A stretch of 64,000 nucleotides of DNA from a virus (Duplodnaviria; Caudoviricetes). The translations under genes and the position numbers were made by a program. This document shows, piece by piece, positions 8,882 to 18,054 of this stretch (positions are counted from its first letter, which is position 1; every line of letters begins with the position of its first letter). Under the pieces are notes generated by a model. The model was not told the DNA's origin. It did not search any database and saw nothing but the letters and a program-made list of their open reading frames with translations. The stretch covers positions 96,001 to 160,000 of the IMG/VR virus record IMGVR_UViG_3300011559_000001; one strand, 5' to 3'.

Positions 8882-10960
8882 ATGAGCTTTGCCCGTGGTG
8901 GGGTCGACGTCAACAATCCACCGTTCGTCATCCCCGTTCAAATCGACAACCGCTTCAACGACTTCATCCATCTGTTCACCGGCTATGCGATGAATGCCAT
9001 CGCCACCGGCGCTGCCAAAAACCAAGCCCGGGCGATGTTCCGTGAGCTGATGGAGCAGGACGAGAATGCGCTGGGTAGTCTGGTACAGGAACTGGCCAGT
9101 CTCACCCAGTATGCGGTGGACTCCGAAGACCTCGGTCCCAACCAGGTCGAACTGGCCATCCGCAACCTGATCCCGGCCGTAGTCGACGGTTATCTGGCCA
9201 TGGCAGTGGACATGTATCCGCAGCAGTTCGGTCAGGTGCTCAGCCAGCAGCAGGCCGGTGAGGTGTCCCAGTACATCAACACCCTCAACCAGATCCGTCA
9301 GCAGGCCCGCAACTTCTACAACGGCGGTAACAACCGCGGTTGGGGCAACAATGGCGGCAATGTCAACGGCAACGGCGGCTACGGTGGCAATCGTGCCGCA
9401 GCAGCCCGCGGTAGCAACGGTGGAACCTGGGGTCGTAACAACGGCGGCAACCGTCCCAACCAGAACTACAACAACTCCCGCCCCAGTCGTTGGGACGAAG
9501 AGACTGGTGGTGATGGCGGCAACTACCAGACCGCTGATCGTGACAAGTGGCCCGGTAGCCGCATGAACAACCAGGGCAGCGGCAGCGATGCCGTCTTCGG
9601 CGGCGGTGGCGGTGGCGCGCGCACCTCCAATGCGTCGGGCGACAGCACGCATCAGCGTCCGGCACGTGAGTTCGTCACCACCACCAATCGAGGTCGTCGC
9701 ATGGCTCAGGATGTCACTCCGCAGGATCCGCGCGTTTCTGTCGTGGACGGTCAGCGTTTCTTCCCGCCGACCCCGAATGCGGATTGGCCCAAGGTCATCA
9801 ACGAGCAGCGCATCTGGGACTGGATCCTGTTCGAAGACGGTGCGCAGATGCGTCCGGCTTACCAGTCCACCTGGAAGCCGTCCTTCGATCCGGATCGTCC
9901 GGCCACCCCGATGTACGACCCGCAGGAACAGATCCTGTTCCATTACAAGACGGCTGAAGGTGCCGTTCACGAACGCCTGCTGAACCGCGAGAACACCATG
10001 GAATACCTCGATCACGAACTGGACCCGAACCTGCGTCGGGTTGCCAAGGCTGCTGCACTGGCACGTGAGGGCAAGGCTGCCCCGGCCTGGGAGATGGTCG
10101 AGAACCTGCGTCCAAATCCGTCCAGCCCGCTGGCCACGACCGAACCCCTCAGCGAAGATGCCAAGGGTCTGGAAGTGCGCACGGTCAACCCGGAAGACTT
10201 CCTGAAGACCACCAGTCTGGCTGACGCCATCAAGCGTGCCAGCCTGAAGCTGAAGGTGGAACATCCGGGCATCTTGAATCAGGCGTTCGAGCTGTACATC
10301 GAACGTGCGGTTCTGACCACGGTGCTGAACCCGGACTTCGACCTGCTGTTCCAGCTGGCCAACGTGGAGACCTTCCAGAAGCTGTACGATCTGATGGTCG
10401 AATCCAAGGCCGACGAAGAACTGCTGGCTGAAGTGGACGCACGCATCGTGGCCGGCATCGGCGAAGCGCTGACCTGCCACATGGGTCTGCGTGGCTGGGG
10501 CATCACCAACTTCCGCAACGACTTCGGCGATCTGCTGGCGGCGCTGAAGGAAGACTACGGCAATGACGTGATCCCGTACCTGCAGGACAACGCCATCGAG
10601 ATCATTTCCCGCTCGCTGTCGCACTACAGCGAAAAGGAACTGGCCACGGTGCGTGATACCGTGGGTCTGGAGGAGAACGTGGTGGCACTGGTGTGGCGTG
10701 AGCGTAGCTCGGTCACCCGTCTGCCGATCACTGCCGAGCAGGTGAAGTTCCCGGTCGACAACGGCATGCTGGTGGGTCAGACGGCCCATCCGGAAATGTA
10801 CAAGACCCTCAGTGCGGTGTTCACCCGTACCGAGGACGTGCCGCACACCTACCATGGTCGTTACCTGGCCACCACCGACGGTGTGGTGTATGCCCTGTAC
10901 AACGGCTACCTGGGCGCGGCGTCGATTCTGGTCTACAAGGCCAACATCGACCTGAAGTAA
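8882..10960 (+). CDS. Conserved jumbo-phage protein with a G/N/R-rich low-complexity segment
   Basis: 692 aa, GGAG RBS, strong codon bias, hairpin downstream. Confidence 0.85.
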   Translation: MSFARGGVDVNNPPFVIPVQIDNRFNDFIHLFTGYAMNAIATGAAKNQARAMFRELMEQDENALGSLVQELASLTQYAVDSEDLGPNQVELAIRNLIPAVVDGYLAMAVDMYPQQFGQVLSQQQAGEVSQYINTLNQIRQQARNFYNGGNNRGWGNNGGNVNGNGGYGGNRAAAARGSNGGTWGRNNGGNRPNQNYNNSRPSRWDEETGGDGGNYQTADRDKWPGSRMNNQGSGSDAVFGGGGGGARTSNASGDSTHQRPAREFVTTTNRGRRMAQDVTPQDPRVSVVDGQRFFPPTPNADWPKVINEQRIWDWILFEDGAQMRPAYQSTWKPSFDPDRPATPMYDPQEQILFHYKTAEGAVHERLLNRENTMEYLDHELDPNLRRVAKAAALAREGKAAPAWEMVENLRPNPSSPLATTEPLSEDAKGLEVRTVNPEDFLKTTSLADAIKRASLKLKVEHPGILNQAFELYIERAVLTTVLNPDFDLLFQLANVETFQKLYDLMVESKADEELLAEVDARIVAGIGEALTCHMGLRGWGITNFRNDFGDLLAALKEDYGNDVIPYLQDNAIEIISRSLSHYSEKELATVRDTVGLEENVVALVWRERSSVTRLPITAEQVKFPVDNGMLVGQTAHPEMYKTLSAVFTRTEDVPHTYHGRYLATTDGVVYALYNGYLGAASILVYKANIDLK

Positions 10961-10968
10961 TCCCGACT

Positions 10969-11007
10969 GCATAAGCCCCCGCCCGTTCGAGGGCGGGGGT
11001 GATGTGC
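10969..11007 (+). terminator. CATA-flanked hairpin
   Basis: GCATAA GCCCCCGCCC GTTCGA GGGCGGGGGT GATGTGC. Confidence 0.75.
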
Positions 11008-11025
11008 CATTCCCAAGGAAAAGAC

Positions 11026-11904
11026 ATGCAAAACGAAATCAAGATCTGCCGCAGTTTGGATGAGCGCGGGAATCCGATCTGGCGCATGCCCGATGGCAAG
11101 AAGCTGGAACTGTACACCCACAACAGTACGGGTAACTTCCGGGCCAAGGCGCTGGACAGCAAGGGCGTGGAGCGGCAGGTCATCGTGGTGGATGACGTCC
11201 AGGATCGTCACGCGGTCATCTATCTGGACGAGCAAACGCTCGAACAGATCCACGACATCACCTGGCTGATCCTCAATCCGGAAAGCGAGGAATACCTGAC
11301 TGATCACTCGTACATGGTGGGCGTGTCCGAGATGATTGATCTTTGCACGGGCCTGCCGGCTGGGATTCCTGCAGAAGGGATGGACGAAGAATTTCTGGCC
11401 AAGATCCGGCGCATTCCCGAAACGTTGGTGTGGCCAACTGGTGGTGATGGCGTTCGCAGCGAGTCGGCGTCACCGACGTTTGCCATGGGTCCGCAGTTTG
11501 TTACTGGTCTGCAGGCAGCGATGGATCTGCCCGCCTCCGCGGATCCTGTCCCGGTCAAGTTCGAGCAGATGCGTAGTTGGTACACCGACGCCCGTTGGGC
11601 GGCGGTGAACGCCGAACTGATTGAGCGACTCATTGCCCATCTCCCCACGGTGTGGCCGCAACTCTCTCCGCTGCAGGTCAAGCTGATGGCCTCTGCCATT
11701 CTATTGGACGCCTCCAGCCCCGATGACGTACAAAGCCGGGGTCTGCTTGCGACCATGGAAAACGTCGGTCTGAACGTTTCTGACTGCAACGACATCGGTA
11801 AGGTCAGTATGATCCAGCTGGTGATCGGCCGTATCTGGATCGCAGGTGCCATCCAGACGCCGTGGGAGCGCGGTGAGGAAGTCGACTGGATCATTGAGGG
11901 CTAG
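11026..11904 (+). CDS. Hypothetical protein
   Basis: ATG at 11026 after AAGGA; 292 aa; no recognisable motif. Confidence 0.75.
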   Translation: MQNEIKICRSLDERGNPIWRMPDGKKLELYTHNSTGNFRAKALDSKGVERQVIVVDDVQDRHAVIYLDEQTLEQIHDITWLILNPESEEYLTDHSYMVGVSEMIDLCTGLPAGIPAEGMDEEFLAKIRRIPETLVWPTGGDGVRSESASPTFAMGPQFVTGLQAAMDLPASADPVPVKFEQMRSWYTDARWAAVNAELIERLIAHLPTVWPQLSPLQVKLMASAILLDASSPDDVQSRGLLATMENVGLNVSDCNDIGKVSMIQLVIGRIWIAGAIQTPWERGEEVDWIIEG

Positions 11905-11985
11905 TTCGCTTTTCGTTGGGCATTGGAAACAGTGCCTAACCTGAAGCGTCTAACGCTAAACGCAATCACTGAGGTGAGGTAGGCG

Positions 11986-12075
11986 GCATAGACGCGCACC
12001 CGAAGGTGCGCGCTTGCCTTTTGAGCAAAGGGGCCTCCGGTTTGGAGGCCCCTCTTTTTATGCCCTTTCTTTTTT
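11986..12075. terminator. Twin hairpins between convergent genes
   Basis: GCATAG, then CGCGCACC-CGAA-GGTGCGCG, then GGGGCCTCC-GGTTT-GGAGGCCCC, then TTTTTATGC and a T-run. Confidence 0.75.
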
Positions 12076-12081
12076 GGATCC

Positions 12082-14853
12082 TTACAGACCCAATTCATCA
12101 CCACCGGGGATCGGACCACCGATTTCGTCGCCGCCACCAGTACCGTCGTCCATCGGAGGTGCCTCAGCACCCAGACCGTCGTCCATCGGCGGAGCAGCAA
12201 ACTGATCAGCACCACCGTAGCCGCCACCCATGCCATCGCCGCCATCCACAAGAGAGGCCAACTTCTGCACAGCCGGGTCAGTGACCTGACGCTGGATGGC
12301 GTACTCGTACATGATCTTCAGGAACGAGTTGCCCATCGACTTGACGTGCTCGTTGATGTTCTTGAAGATGTCCGGACGCTCGTCTTCGTCACCGGCCAGC
12401 AGTTCATGCAGTTCCGGCAAGACGTTGTTGTCACGCATCCAACGACGCATCAGTTCAGCCTTGATGGCGTTCTTGGTCGGCTCGACCAGATCCTGCAGCG
12501 AACCCAGACCATGCGTTTCGAGGTAGGACTGGTTGATGTACGCTTCCAGTGCCTTCTCGTACGCCTGATCCTGATCGTTGTACGCATCCATCTGCGTCTT
12601 GGTGGTAGCCATGTCTGGCTTGGGCAGGGACACCAGCACGTGCTGGAGGAACTCCATGATCAACGCATCCTGGTTCATCTCCTCGAGATTTTCCAGCTGT
12701 TCGTTGATGGCTTCGGTAGAGACCCCGCCGGCCTTGTTCAGGACCTTACGCTGGTCCTTGGCTTCGTCGGAGAGCTTCTGGGCCTTGGCCTGTTCCTTGG
12801 TCAGCTTGCTGCGGTTTTCCTGGATGATCTTGCGCAGCTCATCCATCAGGTAGCCGTCAGCCAGGATGTACTTCTTGACGAAGTCGCGCAGGAACTCTTC
12901 CAGCGTACGCTGATAGGTCAGCACGCGTTTGGCCAGCAGCAGGTTGTTGGCCAGTACCGAAGTGGCGAACTCTGCGTTGGCACCAGCATCAACCATGTCC
13001 GGGGACAGGCCCATGGCCATCAGGTGGCGATCACGCAGGTCCTTCATCATGCTTTCGTCCGGACGGGTCCGGTTGCTCTGGCGTTCGCTGACTTCGAACT
13101 TGACTTCCGGCCAACGGGTGTTACCGGTGACTTCCACGTCCACCGAAGCGTTCTGCAGATAGCTGATCACGTCGGTCGGATTGGTGGCGCCCAGCGGGAA
13201 CGCACCCTGACGGGTCTTGGCGTACTCACCCATCAAGAACTCGACCGTGTGGGTCGGGTTGGGATCTTCCGGGTCCAGGGTGATACCCAGGCGGGTACGG
13301 TTGATCGCGTTCTTGATCGAGCCCATCGTTTCAGCAAACAGGCTCAGCACGCGGATACCGCCAAGGATCATCGAAGCCTGCAGCAAGGACTGGCCGATGC
13401 CATACTTGTTGTAGTCAAAGGCCACGTAGACCATCATCTCGGCCGGCACGTACAGAACCTGCGTCTGCTGACGTGCCATGGCACGGGCAAACATCACACG
13501 GTAGACTTCCGTCGGTGCGGTGACTTCCACGTTCTGACCGTAGATGCCGTTGCGCAGGCGATCGGTGAGTTCCTTCTCCAGGAACTGGCCGTAGATCCGC
13601 GCCATCTCATCGATCTCGTGCTGACGATCGGTGGCCTGACCTTCGATACCGCGCTTGGCCTGCTGCAACAACTGCGAACCCATCGACGAGTTCGGGTTGA
13701 GCGAGTTGGCCATATCCGCGTAGTAGTCACGCTTGGCTGCGGCGTTGAGCGGGTTGCCCATGGCATCGAGCATGATGAAATAACCCAGGTGTTTCTCCGG
13801 GTTGGACGGCTGATGGACCGGCACCACCGATTCAGACGGCAGCTTCATCACCAGCGGATGGCCGATGGTCGGGCGCTGGATGTCACGCGAAGGGTCGAGC
13901 ATGGTCACCGGCTGATGCTGGTAGGCCGTGCCGCGCGGTGCACCGATGCCCAGCTGCTGACCCGCAGTGTAGGCTTCCTGACTGATGTTCATCGAGGCCG
14001 AACGCAGCCCCGTCATACCACGCTGCTGAAGCAGGTGATAGGTACGGTCTTGGGCCACGCGCTGCTGCAGGCCAGCCATCTTCAGGACGTTGGGGTTGTC
14101 CACGATCTCCAGCATCGGCTCCAGATCGACGCACTTGTTGGTGACCTTGGCCGAATAGCTGGTGTTGCCACCGAAGGACTCCAGGCCGAAGTTCAGGCGG
14201 TTGTTGCTGCTGGTCCCTTCGCTCTGGTTACCCAAGAAACCGAAGTTGCGCAGCGTGCCATCGCCAGTGAAGTCATCACGCAGAGCTTCCATCGAAATCC
14301 GTCCCGGATTGTTGATGGCCCGATCGATCGTGGACTCGGCCAGGATCAGCAGCGGGTAGGAGCCGGTCAAGAACAGCGCGTCCTGCAAACAAGGCGTGAG
14401 CAAGTCGCTAATCTTGTAGATCTTCTCGAAGTGGTCAGTGACCACATTCAACATCTGCGCGGCCAATTCGCTGTTGAAGCGGTTGGTTTCCATGCTGAAG
14501 TTGATGGACGTGGTGACCATGTCCTTGGGAGCCAGAATTGAACTGACGAGGATCTGCATCGCCAGCTCGGTTTCAGGCAGGAGCTGGAAAATCGTCTGGG
14601 CGTCACTGACGCTATTGGCCGTGACATCCGAGATACGCTGCAGCAGGCCCATGTCCGGCTGCTGCATCGGACGGTTGCGACGTCCTGCAGTTTGCTGAAC
14701 ATAGCCAACGCCAAAGCGCTGGTTGGCCATTTCCGGAACATACTTGGAAGTGACCGCAGTCACCTCAGCATTTCGGCCTGACGGCGTCAGGCGCGGATAC
14801 AGACTGCGTGCCTCGGCGGGAACCGCAAACGAGGCAGGAAGGCGATTGGACAT
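12082..14853 (-). CDS. Portal protein (phiKZ gp129-like)
   Basis: 923 aa; QILVSSILAPKD, GHPLVMKLPSESVVPVH.P, YFIMLD..GNP, FDYNKYGIGQSLL motifs; SME-A, GLE-S and SQE-A processing sites; acidic Gly-rich C-terminus. Confidence 0.82.
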   Translation of the reverse strand: MSNRLPASFAVPAEARSLYPRLTPSGRNAEVTAVTSKYVPEMANQRFGVGYVQQTAGRRNRPMQQPDMGLLQRISDVTANSVSDAQTIFQLLPETELAMQILVSSILAPKDMVTTSINFSMETNRFNSELAAQMLNVVTDHFEKIYKISDLLTPCLQDALFLTGSYPLLILAESTIDRAINNPGRISMEALRDDFTGDGTLRNFGFLGNQSEGTSSNNRLNFGLESFGGNTSYSAKVTNKCVDLEPMLEIVDNPNVLKMAGLQQRVAQDRTYHLLQQRGMTGLRSASMNISQEAYTAGQQLGIGAPRGTAYQHQPVTMLDPSRDIQRPTIGHPLVMKLPSESVVPVHQPSNPEKHLGYFIMLDAMGNPLNAAAKRDYYADMANSLNPNSSMGSQLLQQAKRGIEGQATDRQHEIDEMARIYGQFLEKELTDRLRNGIYGQNVEVTAPTEVYRVMFARAMARQQTQVLYVPAEMMVYVAFDYNKYGIGQSLLQASMILGGIRVLSLFAETMGSIKNAINRTRLGITLDPEDPNPTHTVEFLMGEYAKTRQGAFPLGATNPTDVISYLQNASVDVEVTGNTRWPEVKFEVSERQSNRTRPDESMMKDLRDRHLMAMGLSPDMVDAGANAEFATSVLANNLLLAKRVLTYQRTLEEFLRDFVKKYILADGYLMDELRKIIQENRSKLTKEQAKAQKLSDEAKDQRKVLNKAGGVSTEAINEQLENLEEMNQDALIMEFLQHVLVSLPKPDMATTKTQMDAYNDQDQAYEKALEAYINQSYLETHGLGSLQDLVEPTKNAIKAELMRRWMRDNNVLPELHELLAGDEDERPDIFKNINEHVKSMGNSFLKIMYEYAIQRQVTDPAVQKLASLVDGGDGMGGGYGGADQFAAPPMDDGLGAEAPPMDDGTGGGDEIGGPIPGGDELGL

Positions 14854-14901
14854 AGATGCTAACCTCTGAAGCTAACTTTTTTGTGTTTTGGGAGACGCCC
14901 C

Positions 14902-17535
14902 GTGTCAAAGGCGCAATACGATATTTACCGACGCAACGTCTTGGATTTCACCAGGACACTGGTCGTAAAGAGCTCTGCATCTGCAGACGCTATCAATCGT
15001 GAATTGACGGCCCTCGGGCTGACGATCAACGAGAACGACCCCGAATCTTGGAAGTACTACTTGCACTTGGCTGGTGAGTACCACAGTACTGACCGGGCCA
15101 TGACGGTAACTTCGCTGGATTCGCAAACCGAGATTCCGTTCACCAAGGAGATGCTGGTGCATCACTTGGCAACGGTTCGCGAGTACCGACAGTTTGACTC
15201 CTACTATCGCGCGTTGGTCGCACGCTACCCGGAACAGGAAGACCTCATCCGAGGCATCTTGAACCCGGTGGACATGGACACTGCGATCGCAGCAGAAGAT
15301 GGGCAAATCCTCTACTACGACTCTACCAAGGTGGAGTCCAACGAAGAAAACCTCATCACCAAGTTGGAGAACTGGTGTAAGGTGTTCAGCCGTCGATGGC
15401 TGGTACGGGCATACGCACAGGTGGATTACCTGTACGTACCGGCGCACCTTGCTCAAATGTACATGCTCATCCCCGCAGTGGTGATGAACATCCGTTTGGC
15501 AAACTGTCATACCAATTACGCACATTCCTACCATATCCGCGAGTACCTGGCCAGCCATCAAAAGTTGGATTGGGCCGTGGATTACATGACCAAGAAACAG
15601 ATGCTTTGGCTGTACCGCCAGATCCGTTTCATTGAGCGCAATGCCGGCAAACAGTCCACCTTCAAGTCCCTGATCCAGAACATCCTCACTGAGCGCAGCT
15701 TGCCGCTGGCTGAGTGGAACATGCGTCACAACCTCAAGGAAATGCCCGAGGAGCTGACCCCGCGTGTGGTGTTCAATCGTGAGACGTTGAATCTGGATCT
15801 GTCAGCGGCAGGCGTGGAAGGTCGTAACGTGGTGGAAATGCTGGAAGCGGAAGAAATCGTGGCCAAGGGTAACTCCCGGGTCATGGACGATGTCGCTTCG
15901 GTGATTCGCGAACAGATGGAGTTCAGTGCCAACGACGAGCTCAAGACCAAGATCTTGGAATCGGCTGTGCTGGACACCACCGATGCCACCGTTTACACGC
16001 TGGCAGACACCCTGCTCAACCACTGGCTGTACCTGTCGCACGTGGGTCGCTACACCGCCGTGCTGACGGTGGACAATCCTCGTACCGGCCAGCCCTTGGT
16101 GCTGTCGGTCAAAGAAGCGTTCATCGTCTACCTGTATAGCTTCAGTAAGTCGGTGGGTCTTGAGATCAACAACCTGCCGTTATTGCCTGCCAACCACGTG
16201 CGCAAGCTTACGATCCCGCCGCGTGCCAAGCTGGAGTCGATGGTTGATAAGAAGCTGCGCAACCCGCAGGTCTTTGACGCTATCTACGCCAACATCCAAC
16301 CGGTGGGTAACCTGATCTCCACCGAAGCGTTCTATCGTGACGTGTCGGGCATCCATCAAGGCCTGATGGCGCACCGCTGGATCTGGGCCACCCGTGAGCA
16401 CAAGCTCGAACGCGGTATGGTCGAAGGTGCTGCGATGCACCTGTACCAGAACGTGCCCTGTGACTTGGGCCAGACCCAGAGTTACGAGTCGTGGTTCACC
16501 GAACGTGGTCTGGACATGCTCCAGTTCACCCGTTTGGAACACCAGCTGTTGGCGGACCTGCTGGTCAGCACCGCCACCGGTGCCAACCTGAACGTCACCA
16601 CCACCTTGCGTGAGATCCAGACCGCGATGTTGCGGATCATGTCCACGCTCAGCTCCTACTCGGTCCAGTACCTGCAGTCGATCAACACCCAGCCGTTGCT
16701 GGTGACTGATTGGCCGATGCCGCGTATTGGCGACATTGGGGGCATTGGTGGCGATCACGTGGAAGGTGTGAGCATCAACCAAGGTGTGGTCAACATTACC
16801 GACAAGGGCAAGATCCACGATACGCTGGACTACGCAGACTTCCGCTTTGAGCTGGAGATGCGCGGTGCAGCCGCTGACCGGGTCGAGTTCAATATCGGGG
16901 TGACCAACAACAGCAAGGTGCGTTACCGCTATCAGGTCGAACATCCCAACCTCACGGTTCTGCGCGATGTCTACCCCGATACGCAGTTGGCCGATCTCAT
17001 CGACCGCGACAGCGACTCGTACGTGCCGGTGGGTGGTATCTTGCTCAGCGATGCGTTCACCACGCTCAGCTCGCCGCATTACGCCTTGGATGCGCAGGAC
17101 AACACCACGGTGGGTAACAACTGGACCAACCGCAGCCCGGATCTGATTCCGGACCGCTACGGTAAGGGCCTGAAGTACCCGGCAGTGTTCCCAGCTAGCA
17201 CCTCGGTGGATCTGTTTGAAATGCCTGATGACCCGCTGCTGTCGGACCTGGTGCTGGATGGCTTTGTCTATCCGCAGTTCTCCACGGTGGCTACGATCTC
17301 GGCGTTGGATTACCCTGACTTGATTATCAACCAAGTGCTCAACGAGTTGCAGTACCCTGAGAAGGTGTTGCAGATGTACTCGAACCACTTGGACTACCCA
17401 GAGCTGGCAATCACGGCTGTGGTGGATCAGTTGGAGTATGACAGCACTGAACTGTCGGTCATTAGCAGCAACTTGCACTACGCTGCTATCGCCGGTGAGT
17501 TCACGCTCAACGCGCTGGATTACCCGTCGGCATAA
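14902..17535 (+). CDS. Virion structural protein (phiKZ gp128-like, baseplate-type) with a C-terminal LxYP repeat extension
   Basis: GTG start after GGAG; WKYYLHLAGEYH.TD..M.V.SLD, YPEQEDLIRGILNP, AHSYHIREYLASH motifs; divergent from the portal gene. Confidence 0.8.
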   Translation: MSKAQYDIYRRNVLDFTRTLVVKSSASADAINRELTALGLTINENDPESWKYYLHLAGEYHSTDRAMTVTSLDSQTEIPFTKEMLVHHLATVREYRQFDSYYRALVARYPEQEDLIRGILNPVDMDTAIAAEDGQILYYDSTKVESNEENLITKLENWCKVFSRRWLVRAYAQVDYLYVPAHLAQMYMLIPAVVMNIRLANCHTNYAHSYHIREYLASHQKLDWAVDYMTKKQMLWLYRQIRFIERNAGKQSTFKSLIQNILTERSLPLAEWNMRHNLKEMPEELTPRVVFNRETLNLDLSAAGVEGRNVVEMLEAEEIVAKGNSRVMDDVASVIREQMEFSANDELKTKILESAVLDTTDATVYTLADTLLNHWLYLSHVGRYTAVLTVDNPRTGQPLVLSVKEAFIVYLYSFSKSVGLEINNLPLLPANHVRKLTIPPRAKLESMVDKKLRNPQVFDAIYANIQPVGNLISTEAFYRDVSGIHQGLMAHRWIWATREHKLERGMVEGAAMHLYQNVPCDLGQTQSYESWFTERGLDMLQFTRLEHQLLADLLVSTATGANLNVTTTLREIQTAMLRIMSTLSSYSVQYLQSINTQPLLVTDWPMPRIGDIGGIGGDHVEGVSINQGVVNITDKGKIHDTLDYADFRFELEMRGAAADRVEFNIGVTNNSKVRYRYQVEHPNLTVLRDVYPDTQLADLIDRDSDSYVPVGGILLSDAFTTLSSPHYALDAQDNTTVGNNWTNRSPDLIPDRYGKGLKYPAVFPASTSVDLFEMPDDPLLSDLVLDGFVYPQFSTVATISALDYPDLIINQVLNELQYPEKVLQMYSNHLDYPELAITAVVDQLEYDSTELSVISSNLHYAAIAGEFTLNALDYPSA
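17161..17532 (+). repeat. About 14-aa tandem protein repeat ending in (L/F)xYP, about 9 units
   Basis: GLKYP, LFEMP, GFVYP, ALDYP, ELQYP, HLDYP, QLEYD, NLHYA, ALDYP; the last six are exactly 14 aa apart. Confidence 0.85.
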
Positions 17536-17570
17536 AGCACACAGGCGGGGTCTTCGGACCCCGCCTTTCA
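17530..17570 (+). terminator. Hairpin with GCATAA (Ala-stop) flank
   Basis: AGGCGGGGTC TTCG GACCCCGCCT at 17543-17566, followed by TTCATT. Confidence 0.75.
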
Positions 17571-17591
17571 TTCGTTCAATAGGAATTCCCC

Positions 17592-18047
17592 ATGACCATG
17601 TCTTTGGCATTGCTTCGGCAGCCGCACGAGACGGCTGCGCGTACGATCATGACGCAAGCCCTCAAGCCCGGGATCAACCCGGACTATCTGGTCCTTGGCC
17701 AGAGCGAAGTGCGTCCCGACGGCGATGGTCTGCTGCCGGTGTATATCGACAGCGCCGCCTACAACGATCCGACTTGGCAGTACCGGGGCAGTGTGAACAT
17801 GCGCTACAAGCGCGTGGACCTCAACCTCGCCTTTGGTGCTCTGAACCTGCGTGCCTATGTGGGCGCTGAGTACAGCACGGCCAAACTCGTCGCTCGCCTG
17901 AAGGACGTCTTCGGCCTGCACTTTGAAACCAACGACTTCGTCGATGAAACCTTCCGCATGACCAAGATCGGTCGCTGGGTGTCACTGCGTGCTGCAGATG
18001 ACAGCCTGCGCTGGAAGGGTGCCGTTGACGTGTTCGTCTACAGCTGA
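17592..18047 (+). CDS. Virion baseplate/tail paralogue (phiKZ gp130-135-type family)
   Basis: Y.R.DL ... L...FG..F...DF ... L.A..DSLRW.G pattern shared with neighbouring ORFs; AGGA RBS. Confidence 0.7.
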   Translation: MTMSLALLRQPHETAARTIMTQALKPGINPDYLVLGQSEVRPDGDGLLPVYIDSAAYNDPTWQYRGSVNMRYKRVDLNLAFGALNLRAYVGAEYSTAKLVARLKDVFGLHFETNDFVDETFRMTKIGRWVSLRAADDSLRWKGAVDVFVYS

Positions 18048-18054
18048 GGACCCC

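Noticed and set aside
11905-11990. tRNA or hammerhead ribozyme
   Set aside because: No TTC-loop, D-loop or CCA end, and no CUGANGA core.
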